Source of the DNA: the human T2T-CHM13v2.0 reference genome, Homo sapiens
Assembly: GCF_009914755.1 (NCBI RefSeq)
Contig: NC_060931.1
DNA length: 64,000 nucleotides
Reading direction: 5' to 3' (one strand)
Positions 1 through 15,643 of the stretch are shown piece by piece. The notes under the pieces are model-generated. The model was not told where the DNA came from. It saw only the letters and a list, made by a program, of their open reading frames with translations, and made no database searches. The position numbers and the translations under genes are program-made. Each line of letters opens with the position of its first letter. Position 1 is the first letter of the stretch.

Positions 1-378
1 AAGTGAGGCATGGGTAAGAAAGCATTAGCACCTGAGCTCCGCTTCCTATCAGATCAGCAGCAGCATTAGATTCTCAGAGGAGTGCAAATCCTATTGTAAA
101 CTGTACACACAAGGGATGGAGGTTGCAGGCAAGCAAGCATTACCACCTGAGCTCCGCTTCCTATCAGATCAGCAGCGGCATCAAATTCTCAGAGGAGTGC
201 AAACCCTATTGTGAACTGTACATGCAAGGGATGACGGTTGTGTGCTCCTTATGAGACTCTAATGGCTGAAGATCTGAGGTGGAACATTTTCATCCCCAAA
301 CCATACCCCTCACCTTGTCTGTAGAAATACTGTCTTCCATGAAACTGGTACCTGGTGCCAAAAAGGTTGGGGACTGCT
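1..378 (+). mobile_element. MER1B hAT-Charlie MITE, left end outside the window, with an internal ~115-bp tandem duplication
   Basis: Matches recalled MER1B motifs (gagctccgc..agatcagc, gatctgaggtggaaca) and the right terminus ggtgccaaaaaggttggggactgctg. Confidence 0.85.
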
Positions 379-489
379 GCTGTAGTACATCTATGGCATA
401 GATGTACATATGGTATATGTATGCAATTTTACATGGGCATGCATTACCATAGATGTACTACAGCAGCAGTCCCCAACCTTTGTTGTAAT

Positions 490-1323
<834 letters not shown>

Positions 1324-1349
1324 ATTGTCTGAAATGAGATAGAATGATG

Positions 1350-1470
1350 TTATTCATTATTTTACAGGAAAAGAGAGGGAGGCTCAGATAAAGTAGATAT
1401 CTTGCCTAAGATCATTCAAATACAGAGTGTAGACAATGAATCTGAACTCAGGTTTCTCTGACTCTAAATT
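1350..1470 (-). mobile_element. MIR fragment
   Basis: attttacag..gaggctcaga..cttgcctaagatca..tgaactcagg..ctgactcta core pattern. Confidence 0.55.
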
Positions 1471-1854
1471 TGTGTCTCTCTTTTTTCATTATTTTATACT
1501 TACAGAAATGATACCAGAAATCTTAACTTTCCGTGTATGTTCACAATCGAAATGAACACATTAGCATAGATTGTTCATTTCTTTATAGAGAGATTTAGTT
1601 AGTTCTCTAAGGAAAAGGGATGGAATGCAAAGCAGATAAGAGGTAGGACAGGCCTGGGAAGTTGTTGGTGAATAAAATAAGGAAAAACATCAAAGATTAT
1701 CATTGCTTACTTCACTCTTGCGCCCATGACAAGCTCTGTTAAGCACTGATTTTGGAACCCAGAATCTTTGGAAGGGTGGAAGGTGGTGTACCACGTGGCC
1801 TTTGGCCTCCCAGGCTGGAGTTAAAACTGAGAAGTTTAAAGAAGACCTTTTCTT

Positions 1855-2157
1855 GGCCGGGCGCGGTGGCTCACACCTGTAATCCCAGCACTTTGGGAGG
1901 CTGACGCGGGTGGATCACGAGGTCAGGAGATCAAGACCATCTTGGCTAACACGGTGAAACCCCGTCTCTACTAAAAAAATACAAAAAATTAGCCAGGCGC
2001 GGTGGCAGCTGCCTGTAGGCCCAGCTACTTGGGAGGCTGAGGCAGGAGAATGGCGTCAACCTGGGAGGCGGAGCTTGCAGTGAGCCGAGATCGTGCCACT
2101 GCAGTCCGGCCTGGGCGAAAGAGTGAGACTCCGTCTCAAAAAAAAAAAAAAAGAAAA
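1855..2157 (+). mobile_element. AluY lineage, Yh3/Yb3a-like variant
   Basis: AluY sites plus ccatcttggctaac and gcagtccggcctgggcgaaagag; 16-bp TSD aaagaagaccttttct at 1838-1853 and 2158-2173. Confidence 0.92.
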
Positions 2158-4230
2158 AAAGAAGACCTTTTCTGCAATTTGCTAAGCACTTTGGAACAGG
2201 TAGATGGCTAGAGAATTCTGGGGTTCTTTAGAGTAAAATCCAGGACCATTTGTGTGTCTTCTGGAGACGTAAGTGCTTTCCTGGGTGTTCTGGCAATGTG
2301 TGTACTGTTTTTATGAGTTAATCCTCCCTCCCATCAAAGTTTTGATAACCAAGAAGAGCTTTCCATGATGTGTCAGATTTTCAGATAACAGAGGTGGGTG
2401 CAATGCCAGTTCCTGTAATCGCTTAATACATACTTGCTGCCTGATTTACAAGGTCATTTTAATCTATCCTGAATATTAAGTAGAAGTCAAGCTGGAATCA
2501 TTGTTCACCATATCAATATTTCTACAAACTTCCTCTCAAGGTCTAGGGCTGACTCTCCTCCTGGAGCTGGGTTTCATAATATGGAAGGCTGCTGTTTAGA
2601 TCAAAATACATCTTATCTCTGGGACTCTCAGGTACAATACAGTATAATGAATCTTCAATCTTGTAATTCTTTGACAGTTGATGCAAATTGGGTGTAGTGA
2701 GTAGTGAGGAACAGAGAAGAATGTGATTTTATTTTCTTTGAGCATGAAACATAGCTAGTATCCAACTTAAGGTAAATATCAAATATGAATCCCCAGTTCC
2801 AACACACACATACACATACATGTGCGCGTGCATGCACTCCGTCTATACTATGAATGACTTAGGTGAAACATGCTTGCCCTTAGGCAGGAATATTATCAAA
2901 ATTCTACTGTGTCCATAAGAGAGAGATAGTGGAATTTTCTTCAGTTGGTCAATAAAAAGGCTTGCTAAGTAACGTTAGTGAGTAAACAGTCACGTGAGAT
3001 TGGGTATATCAAGAACTTTAAACAAACACTGACTGAAGCATTTGTAATGCTAGCCAACCTGGGAATTGTGGATGGACGTTGACAGACTGAATAAAAAGAT
3101 GTCCTGACTTGCAGTTATTTAATGGAGGATTTTGAAGAGTTCTAGGAAGGAAACCTGGAATTTCCTTGTACTTTTGTAACATTTATAAAGTTAACAGTTC
3201 CATTTGTTTGGAAGAAAAGTTTATCGTGCCTGAAGTTATGACAGATGAGCTACGGTACATAAAGAGATAAAAGTGATTTTTCTTCTCAAATAACAGAAAT
3301 ATTCTCAAATTGGAGGTAATGGGGGAGAACCACACACACTTACGGGAAAAGGACTGAAAGTTAGTGGAGGTGGTGAAAGCAGCACAGCCTTGTGCTGAGC
3401 ATTGGAGAGCTGCAGCCCTTTGCTTTCTCAGAGGAATGGCAAATGATACTTTATTAAACTTACCTAGTAGGAACTTGGATGAGATGAGAACTTGAGGCTT
3501 TGTGGAGTCCCAAAGTGGGACTACCTCTAACACTACTTAACAAGGTCTACAGCAAAGCAAAGGCTCTCATTCAAGCCATATGGGACCTGAGGGGTTTGTG
3601 AGCAAAATGCCGGCACAGATAATAGCTGGATTTGGAAACCTGACAAATTTGGTAGTCTGCCATAAGGCTTTTCTCTCACTGAATAAAACTGTTATCTGAC
3701 CTCATGTTACCTTTCAAAAAATGTTTGCTCTTAATTTGCAGAATAAACATCTCAAAATGTTTACATTTTAGACTTTGTTTTCCTCATCACGGTGTACTAT
3801 TTATCTCCTTTGGTTTAGCCAGACAGTATTTGTCACAATCTGTACCGGATGGAAGCTACTTTCCTTTTAATTGCATTACTCTTAATGTCAGCATTTAAGA
3901 CAAATATCCATCTCCCTTAGACAAATAATTCAATTGTTTTTGTTCTGAATAAATGATGAGGTTTTGGTTTCCGGTGCTTTCTGTCTCTAAAAGGTCACAA
4001 TCCATAAATTCTTATATATTTAAAGACGAAGTAGCTTACATGTCAATGTGCTGAAGAGTAAAAGAAAGCCATCCTAAGATTTAAAATCTGCTGTAAACAA
4101 ATCTCAAAGGATATCACCTTCTTCAAGTCAAATTCTGACATGTGATAGCAGTATTTGATAGCTAGGGTACCTAGCGAGCATCTTTGCTATTCCTATGTGA
4201 ATAATTCCTAGTCCATAAAGGTCTACAAAG

Positions 4231-6151
4231 TATGTCAAATCTCTTTTAGTTGCAAGGGTCAGGAAACCATCTTGAACTTGTTTAGGCATTAACTGAGACC
4301 TTTGACTAAACTATAGGGAAGGCAGAAGTGGGACTGGCTTCAGGAATAAAGAGACTGAAGACTTCATTGCAAATAGTACTTATCTAATACATTTCAGGAA
4401 TGGCCACTGACAACTTTCAGACTTACCTCTTCAAGCTTCTCCAACAAAAAAGATAGGGCTGTCCTTTCTCTCTCCTCTTATTCTTTTCTTCCCATTTATT
4501 CCTCTTTTTCCTTCCTTCCTCTCACTTCTTTCCTTTTTTCTCTCTCCTCTACTCTTATCCTTTTTGATAACTGCAATTACATCAAGTAATTTGGAGTCTG
4601 ACTGTACAATTCAAGGTTGGTAATTATTTTCTCTCATCTTTCTTAAGATCTTGTTCTATAGTCTTTGGGCATCTGTTGTGGCTGTTGAGAAGTGAATTGT
4701 ATGCCTAATTGTCATTTTTCTTGTAGGTATTTTTTTTCTCACCTAACTTTTAAGATCTTCTTTTATCTTTGGCATTTCATGCATCTAGTGTGAATTTGTT
4801 TCATTTATTATACTCAGGGCTCTTAGTTACTGATCGGATACTTTGTGGCTTCTATAATTATGGGAATTCTAAACTAATGTCCCTTTAAACACTTCTATGT
4901 TCACATTCCATTTATTCTTTCTTGATAGACCCTCTTTCAGATTTAAGTTGTTCATTTTTACTTTATCCTCCAAACTTTTGAATTTATCTTCCACACTTTC
5001 CATCTTTTTTATCTTGCTATATTGTTTTATTTTAGCTTTTCAGATATGTCTTACAATTCACTATTTTTCTCTTCAGCTGTGTCTAGTCTGCCCTCTAACC
5101 TACTCTATGAGTGAATGGCTATATTTTTCATTTCTTGAAAGATTTACTTTTCAAATCTGTTATTTTTATAAAATTCTGGTCTTTTTATATTTCATTTTAT
5201 ATTTTTAAATTATTTTAGGCCTACTTATTTTGTAGTCTCAGTCTAATAATTATTTTTTTGTGAGTTTTCTTTCCCTCCTTTCATTTTAGACTGTGGAAAT
5301 ACTTGTGACCTTGGTTAAAGGGAGTTTAGTCAGCTAAATTTTTCATTTGCTTTTGTTATGCACCTCATTGATTTTATCAGCCTAGTACCACTTTTTATGT
5401 TAAGTTCTTGACTTGAGGGTTTTCAAATATTTTTGAAAACCAAACTTTTCATAAAGGCAAAATCATAGTTTCTTAGAGAAGATACCTCTAACCTTAGCTC
5501 AGGGTGAAATTGACAAGCTTCTTGTTATTTTCTTGGTTTGCTTGATGAAATTTTTTCTAGTCTACACTCTCAGTGAATATGTAGCTCCTTCAAGGTTCTA
5601 AGGAGACTTTTTATGGCAGTCTCAGTTTTAATTACCTGTTTCACAGGCCTCCAGATATTGTTTATCTTCTTATGTAGGTGAAAAATCCAAGAGGCACGGA
5701 GCTTGCATTGAATGACCAACTTAGAATTATGGCCAAACAACATTGGTCTTTCCTTTATTTGAATTTGACAAATAGGAACTTTTCTCAGGAGATACGTCAC
5801 ATTTTATTTTGAATTTCTAAATATTTTGTAGAGAAAAGATTTTCAAGATATCTTGTCCAAAATATTGATGAAAAGGGAAATTACAGAATCTGTTTTTTTT
5901 TTTTTTTTTTTTTTTAACCAGCCTGGATCTATTTGCCTATCTCCTGGATCATGTTGATCCAGCTTAGAGTACATGTTTACCTCTCTGGGTTTGGGGAGGT
6001 AATGTGATTATCAGTACCTTCCAGAACCATTTAGTATGAGTGGGGAAACAACCGTTTGTCCCCCTATTCCCTCACCCCAGAAAACAAGGGATAGTCTAAT
6101 GCCAGAACAGGGAAAACAGTGCTGAGGCAAATGAAATAGCTGTCCACTACA
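4231..6151 (-). mobile_element. Old MLT1 (J/K/L-like) MaLR LTR in two parts (4231-4460 and 5918-6151)
   Basis: ttagttgcaag..aggaaacc at one end and atagctgtccactaca at the other. Confidence 0.5.
4600..5890 (-). mobile_element. Ancient L1M/HAL1-like fragment (ORF1 region)
   Basis: T-rich; tgttgtggctgttgagaagt..cctaattgtca is typical of antisense old L1 ORF1; a pyrimidine tract at 4462-4565 may be the decayed tail. Confidence 0.5.
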
Positions 6152-6179
6152 GATGGTTCCCTTGTCTGAGCTTTGTAGA

Positions 6180-7036
6180 TAAGACTGAATTTGCTGGGCC
6201 TAGTACAGAGTGAAAAATGGGGAGCCACTTGTTCAAAAAGCAGGAAAAAGTACCATTAAAGGTACTAAAACGTAAAGCTTTTTTTTCATGGCCTCTTTCT
6301 TCACTTGTGTTGGCATTTTTTATTTGATATTTAATATCAGACTACCTTGGGCACAAGGATACTCAAGGGGCAGATGCAGACCTTCACAGGTGGGGGTGCT
6401 GCTCTGCAACTCAGCACATGTACACCTGCTGCCCAGTTTCCCATCCCACCAGCCACTAGACTGACATGCCTTGCTCCATCCAGGGCTGGGGAAGCTGAGC
6501 TAGGTATCTACCCTTCCCATGGACCCACTATACCAACCAATGGCAGATGGGTAACCCCCAATATTATTGTTATCTCCATGACAGGGCATGCAAAGTACCT
6601 GATTTGTGGGTAGTTAGGAGGCTTGCCCTGCTGAATTTTCTGCTGAACATACTATGGTGCCGCTAGCCTAAAGTGGGGATAGGTATCTTGAGATGCCACA
6701 GAGTATATATGCCCAACCCTGAATCTCCCAACAGTCAAGCGCAGGCTCTTGTGAGGTGAAGTGTGGCAGTAGTTGCTGAGCAGCAGCAAGGAGTGGGGGG
6801 AAGGTGGAAGGGCCCTGGGCACCAGGGTATGGGGGAGTAGGTGGCTGACACCCCTTCCTGGGAAGACAGCAGGAAGCATGGCCATAGGTGAGCTGCGACT
6901 CTATGCCTCTGGTGTGTTCTCTATTGTTCCATTGGTCTTCACTTACAAATTCAAAGATAAAATTATTAAGAATCTCCAGATAGTGACACTATCACAGGGC
7001 CTCCTCAGCCTGCATATGGGAATGCAGCCAGCCCTG
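6180..7036 (-). mobile_element. MER45B/C hAT-Tip100 element
   Basis: MER45 termini aatttgctgggcctagtacagagtgaaaaatgg..ttgttcaaaaa and aattattaagaat..cagccagccctg around an ~800-bp interior. Confidence 0.75.
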
Positions 7037-7868
7037 GGCTCATCAGGCTGATTATCTGGGGGGTTATCTCTCATGCAAAAGGCAGAGCAAAGATTTGCAA
7101 CCAGAGCAAATGAACACCAGCCTATCACCTCATTCAGGAGTCTAATGAAGAAATGTATGGCAATGCAGCATGGCTTGAAAACTAATTTCTAGTCTGCAAC
7201 TCATTGTGAAACTGTATTGAGCTTCCCCATTTAAATTCACATAACCTTGGGTATATCTGGCTGTCTACCTGAAACCTCTAGTCACAAAAAGTGTATTTCC
7301 CTCAAAGGTTGAATTCTCATGTCAGAGTAATTTCTACAATTTCTGATTTTGAGATGGTATTCCAGGAACCATCACAGCTTGCATCAGCTTCATTTTCTTT
7401 TCCTTGCTTCATAAATTGGTTATATTGTCAGGCATAGGGAAAGTGATTTTTGTTTGTTTAACTCACTCTATAGTTATTTAATGACAGAAGGAGACGATTG
7501 GGAATCTCTGATCCCAAATCCCAGATATTAGCTTTAAATATGCAACTAAAATAAAATTGGAGTTCTTAATTCTCTCCCCCATCTCCCTCTTTCTTTCTTT
7601 CTCTATCTGACTTAAAGGTAATTGTACAGTTACCCAAAAATGATGACACAAAAAAGGAAAAGGAAATTAACAACTGACAATAAAAGAAAATTGGTAAGGC
7701 AGAATGTAAAAAATCTTTTATTTCTTATAAAAATATAACACAAGATATTTTCACTAGAGTAAATTAAGAAAATTCAGAAGTATATAATCTAGCAAGTGAA
7801 AGTCCTTTATCACCGCTCAATTTCCCAATCTTATTCTTTTCTTCAGGGGTAACCACCACTAAGAGTTT

Positions 7869-8159
<291 letters not shown>

Positions 8160-8921
8160 GAGAGTCGGATGCACATTTTTTCCAGATATTTCTCTATGCC
8201 TTTACATAGATATATGGTAGGTGGGAAATGTATACCAGAGGGAGAAATCAGGAGGGAAATATATAATAAGCTTTTCTTTGTATGGAAGGAGTGCAGCATC
8301 AAATTTAGTTAGTATAGGTAAAATCAACAAGACCTTGCAAGAGACTTAAGGGGAGAAAACAACCAAGGAATGGTTTGAATTATTTTAAGTACAAGTGTTA
8401 GAACAGACACAAGCAAGAAAGGGATTTGGCCAACTAGATTACAGCTCTTGGTAAAAGCAGCAATCTCATAACCCATTCTCCATTGCTCCAGCTACATACC
8501 ATATCCCCAGTGTACAGTAATGACATTCTAGTTTTGGGGGTGGCTACAGACTCCAGTTAGGTTTACTTTGGTAATAGAGTTATTCACTCTATTTCTATCC
8601 TTATGTGTGAATGGTGTGGGGAGAAGTTTTGTAGGGGTTTGTGCCATACACACAAAATAATATCAGGAGGGAAAAGGATAAAATGAATCTAACAGGGTTG
8701 ACACAGGCCTGCTCTAGTGAGCTTCTGGACACTGCAGACTTTCTCTCCTGACTGGCAGAGCTGGCAGTAAGTCATACATCAGGTAGTTGTTTATCTCTAT
8801 CTTAAGCGCTGATCTACCTGACTTCTGTGTTTCATAAAAATCTAGAAGTTAGAAAACCAGAATTGGGAAAAAGTTGTTTACTCTTCTGGTGCCACAGGTA
8901 ATGATTCAGAGCACTCTAGGG

Positions 8922-8948
8922 GTGTGTGTGTGTGTGTGTGTGTGTGTG
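8922..8948. repeat. (GT)n microsatellite, ~13 units
   Basis: Direct reading. Confidence 0.95.
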
Positions 8949-9230
8949 GACTTCTTTTATTTCCTTCCCATTGGGAAAGCTGCTTCTAGGAAATTTAATT
9001 GACTGAAAGGTCTATACTTTTTCATTCTTCTGTCTTTTCTTTTTCATTTGGTCTACAACATGGATATGATGTCTTGAGCTCCAGCAGCTGCCTTCTGTCA
9101 TAAAGTGGCCTTAAAGAAGAAAGAAGCCCCGTGGATGGAGCATTCTATCCAGAGACAGAAGGAACCTGGGTTCATGACGGTTTTGGAGCACTCATATCTG
9201 TTTTGGACTGCCTATTGTTGTTATCGCTCT

Positions 9231-9768
<538 letters not shown>

Positions 9769-12013
9769 CTCTTTAATACATTTCTTAAATGTTTAATGCA
9801 TTGTTATTTCAGGTTTCCTGATATATAAAAGCCAAACTTAACCTTTGTACACCATCTGTCTCTTTTTGTTGATGTTCCTTTCTTGTATGCTGTTGGATTA
9901 AGGCTTGATGTTATTTTAACTGTGTAGCGTTCCATTTCCTTTCTAATTAGTTTGAAGTTATACACTCTATTTCTGTCCTTATGCTTACCATTAATATTTT
10001 GAGGTACATGTTGAAACCATGTTTCTATCTTCCTGTTTAAAATGAATTCTCACTTTTATCCTTTCACTAAACCGATCAGGAACCTAATAATTTCTGACTT
10101 CCTTCCTCACACAATTCCCCATATCGACATTATTTACTACTTTAATGTTTGAATATTAGTAAATATTAAGACTCTCCCAGTATTATTATGAAGTTTTATT
10201 TTTAAATATCTATTTTATGATATTTTAAGGGCTATATAATGGGAGAGTTACTTACATCTACTCAGTCTATGCTCTTGATCTAACCTACATATAATTATAT
10301 GATAAAAATGTACATTAAAATGCATTGAGGAAGTAGAGGAAGGGTTAAGAGAACACCACAATAAAAAAGCTGTTCCCAATCCTTTCTTATTCAACTCATC
10401 AAAATTTCTTTAGCATTTATGCAAATGTATGTATTCTGTCACTTTCTATTTCTGTCTCTCTGAAAACTGTTCTCTTTGAAGCTCCCTCACATTGCTCTTC
10501 TCTGATTTTTTTCTTTTACAACTATAGTCCTCTCTCCACTTTTTACTTTTGTATCTCTTTTCTTGTACCTGTCTACCATGCAAAAGCTCCATGGCCAAGA
10601 GACATACACGAATAATTCTTCCATTTCAGAAAAGGTGAAAGGTGTGGTTGTAATTGCCTAAGATTTAATGTACACTTTAATGTCATACACAAATAAGAGA
10701 ACCTGCTACTTAATAGAATGCCATTATTTGTTCTCATGTAAAATGCAGAATTAAACCCCAGTTTATCTCTTCATTGTTATAAATCTGTTTCATGATTCAT
10801 GTTCCCTTTAACTATATCTATATTAAATAAATTATTCAAGCATAAAAGGTATTATGTTTGGAGAAACACTGAAATCCATAGTTAAATATGTAGACAATAT
10901 AGTTCAGAATAAAGGAGTTAGGTAACACCCACCATACCTAACCCATTTCAACAAAGCCCAGCTAGTGTAAATATTAAAGGGAATGCTGCATGCAATTCAC
11001 AAAAAAATTGCTCCTTTAAATCAATATTATATGTATATGACATGAAATTATTATAAAGTTATTAGATAAAAATACCACAGGGAAAAAATCAGGTAAATAA
11101 ACATAATTACAAATATAGCATGTACGTATCATTTCCAAAAGAAAAAGTTGGTAGAATCCCACGAAATTGTTTTCTGAGTATAAAAACAGAACTCAACATT
11201 ATGCCAGAAAAAGCTTTAGAGTTTACATTTCTAAGGAACAGCTCTTTGAAATACACAAATTAATGTCAGCCTACTCTTTGGGTTATGTCTGAGGTGGAGA
11301 TCCTGAAGTGAAGATACCAGTGGTGAGACTGTTTAGGAGTAATGAGTGCCAATAAGAAGGAGTGACGAGGCAACCAAGAGGCCCTTAGACCTAGGAGTTA
11401 AAGTTACATACACACATGTTCTGGACATACAATTAGACACAACTGCTCTCCTATTTAATCAGTGTCAGCCATGTGTCAGATACAGGGCTCCAAGCATAGA
11501 CTGACATGATATAATGAACTGTGAACATCTTGAGGCCAGGGATTATGCTTCATACTGTTTGTACACAGTAAATGACAAATGTTTGATATTCAAGAAAGAA
11601 AATATCAAGGTGCCCCAATAAACAGAAATGCTTCATGATTTACTCAGGGTCAGTCTAGTAAGGCTATTTGCCCAAGTTAGCTAACAAATATTAACCACCT
11701 CCAAGAAAAACAGGTAGTTCAAATCCAGTTTTAAAGGTGGAGGACAGCAGGTTTAATATTTCCATTTATAATGTGTTCTTGTGATGGTGGTGTGACAGGA
11801 AGGTACAAACGCTTCTTTGTTTGTGTGTATTTTCATATTGGTATGTCCACCAGGGTGCAAAGTTAGTTTAAAATGAGGTTTTTCTGGAAACTTGGTTTTA
11901 TCTCTAATGGGATCCAAGAAATTGGGAACGAAAAGTGCATTTCTTATTCATGGCAGGGTTGTGCTTGAGACTATTTTCCGTGTGCTTTTTCTTTATGTTA
12001 AAAATAAAAGATA

Positions 12014-12312
<299 letters not shown>

Positions 12313-12543
12313 AAGATAAAAGATAATAAGATGTACAGGACAAAAAGGGGAAAGGAATCTAAAAGATAAAGATAAAATTGTAGAGGAAAATAGATAAAAC
12401 AGTAAAAGTAAACTGCCATGGTAAAAGCCATTAATCAAACAACCTAGAACAAAAACAAACCTACAGACTCAAGAGAAAAATAAAACTTATCTGAATGTAA
12501 ATGGCTAAAAATAGCTGATAAGTACCCAGTACAAAACTAATAA

Positions 12544-12965
<422 letters not shown>

Positions 12966-12969
12966 CATT

Positions 12970-12981
12970 TCTATCTGTCTA

Positions 12982-13044
<63 letters not shown>
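12970..13044. repeat. Compound STR TCTA TCTG TCTA (TCTG)8 (TCTA)7
   Basis: Direct count. Confidence 0.95.
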
Positions 13045-13046
<2 letters not shown>

Positions 13047-15245
13047 ATAATGAGGAATTGGCTCATGTTACTATGGAGGCTGAGAAGTCCCACCATCTGT
13101 GTCTGCAAGCTGAAGACCCAGGAAAGCCAGTGGTGTAATTCTAGCTCAAGAGCAAAGGACTGCATGTGGCTGACTAAAGGCATCTGGTACTCTCCTCTTC
13201 CACAAAGAAGAAACAAAATAGTGAGTAGATAATCACATTTCAAATAGATCATCTAAGAGAGAACACTAGCATTCAACAGAGAAGTGACAGGAAACATCCA
13301 AGGCAAGGAAGGAGCAGGAAGCCAGGCATCCTGCTCAGCCAGGATTAGCTGGGAGCGCAGAGAGGTTTCTCAATGTGGAGAAAGAGTGAGAGACCCCCAG
13401 TGGTCCATATTTCCATTGAAGACTCCTGCAATCCTATCAATGGGAATGCTCCTCAACCCTCACAGGCCCTGAGACTAACATGAGGAGCTTCCTAGAGACC
13501 TCATAATGGCACTGCTCCAGACAGGGAGCTCATGCTGGGTCTCATGAACTCCCCGAGCCCTAAGCAGCTACAGCACAGTACCATTTTGAGAGCCAGCCAC
13601 CAGATTGCATTCTGCCCTGGGGCCCAATAGCCCCTGCATCTCCACATCCCTGTAGCCCCATTGACATTTCTCATCTGCATCTGCCACTGTGGTTGGCTGC
13701 TGCTGCCAGTGCCACAAGGCAAGCCATTAGCAGTGACCTTGCTGTCCCCAGCAGCTCTGCACATTTTCATGCACCCTGAGAACATAATCTCTCGCCTGCA
13801 GCTGCCACTACTCCTGGCTGCCACGACTGGGGCTAAAGTACGAGCCACTGTCAGAGACCCTGCTGCCACCAGCGGTGGAACTGCCATGCATTCACAGCTG
13901 CCCTGATCAGAGGCTACTCTGCCCATAGCCATGACCTGTGGCCAAGTGTGTGTTCCCCAGGCACCTGCCACTGAAAGCAACCCCACCCTCCCCAGCAGCA
14001 GGACCACAGTGCAGCTGCTACTGCATCCACCTAAGCATTTTGCTGAGGGCCTGGGGATCACCCTACCCCTGCAACCACAGCCAGTGGCTGCATGTACCAT
14101 AAGAGAGCTTGGGGACAGGCCCATGTGGCCCAGATCCTTCTTCCCCCTACAGTGCCTGAGCATGCCATTTGAGGACCTCAGGACCATCGAACTCCTTCCA
14201 TCACCATTGCCACGTGAGCACTCCTTTTGAGGCCCTGAGGTCAGGCCCACCCAACATGCTGCTACTACTATGGCTGACACCCCCCCAAATGCACCACCTG
14301 AGGGACTGAAGACAGGCCCTCCCAGCCTGTCGCAGCCATCACCAACACCAGTATGGTCCATTTGGCAGCCAGAGGGTTGTCCCACCACTGCTACTGCCAT
14401 CACCCATGCTATGCCTGCTGCCTGGGAGCCCAAGGACCTGCCCATCTGCCTGGTCCACTACTGCCACTACCAGCACATGAACAAGCCACCTGGAGGCCCA
14501 AGAATCAGCCCTTCTGGACCTGCTAACACTGGTGCTAGTGTATGCCACCCTGGGGCTCAAGGATAGGCATGCTTGGTCTGCCACTGCCAACAGTGGGGTC
14601 TAAGGATTGGCCTACCTCCTGTCCCATCCCCAGTAAAAATGTACCACAGACTCCACTAACAATTGCACCCTAAGGAAATCACAGACATCACTGGTGCTGT
14701 TTACAGCCAAAGAAATCACACGGAGATTACACTATTACACATTTTTAGAATCAAAGTCAAAGAGCCCTACACAACCAACACCATAGATATAGCCTCAGGA
14801 AATGTCCTCTCCTATGAAAGCAAATTCAAAGGATTGGAAGAAGCAACTGGTACATCAGACATGCAGCTATCAATGTAAGGACATAAGAACTATGAAAAAG
14901 CAAGGAAATATGACATGTTCAAAGGAACACAATATTCTTCAGCAACAGACTCCAGTGAAAAAGAAACTTACGAAATATTGGGAAAATAATTCAAAATAAT
15001 GATATTAAAGAAGCTCATTAAGGTACAGGAGAACATGAATAAACAATAGGAGAAATTAGAAAAACAATTCAGGATATGATTGAGAAATTTACCAAAGATA
15101 TAGATATCATAAAAAAGAACCAAACAAATTCTGAAACTGAAAAATCCATGGAATAAAATAAAAAATCAATTCAAAATTTTCAATAGGCTAGATCAAGCAG
15201 AAGAAAGAATTTCAGGACTTGACATTTTTGAAATAACATAGTCAG

Positions 15246-15643
<398 letters not shown>

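Noticed and set aside
14040-14620. Degenerate ~65-70-bp repeats as a CRISPR-like or novel array
   Set aside because: They are internal repeats of the L1M 5'UTR, with no constant repeat/unique spacer structure and no associated genes.
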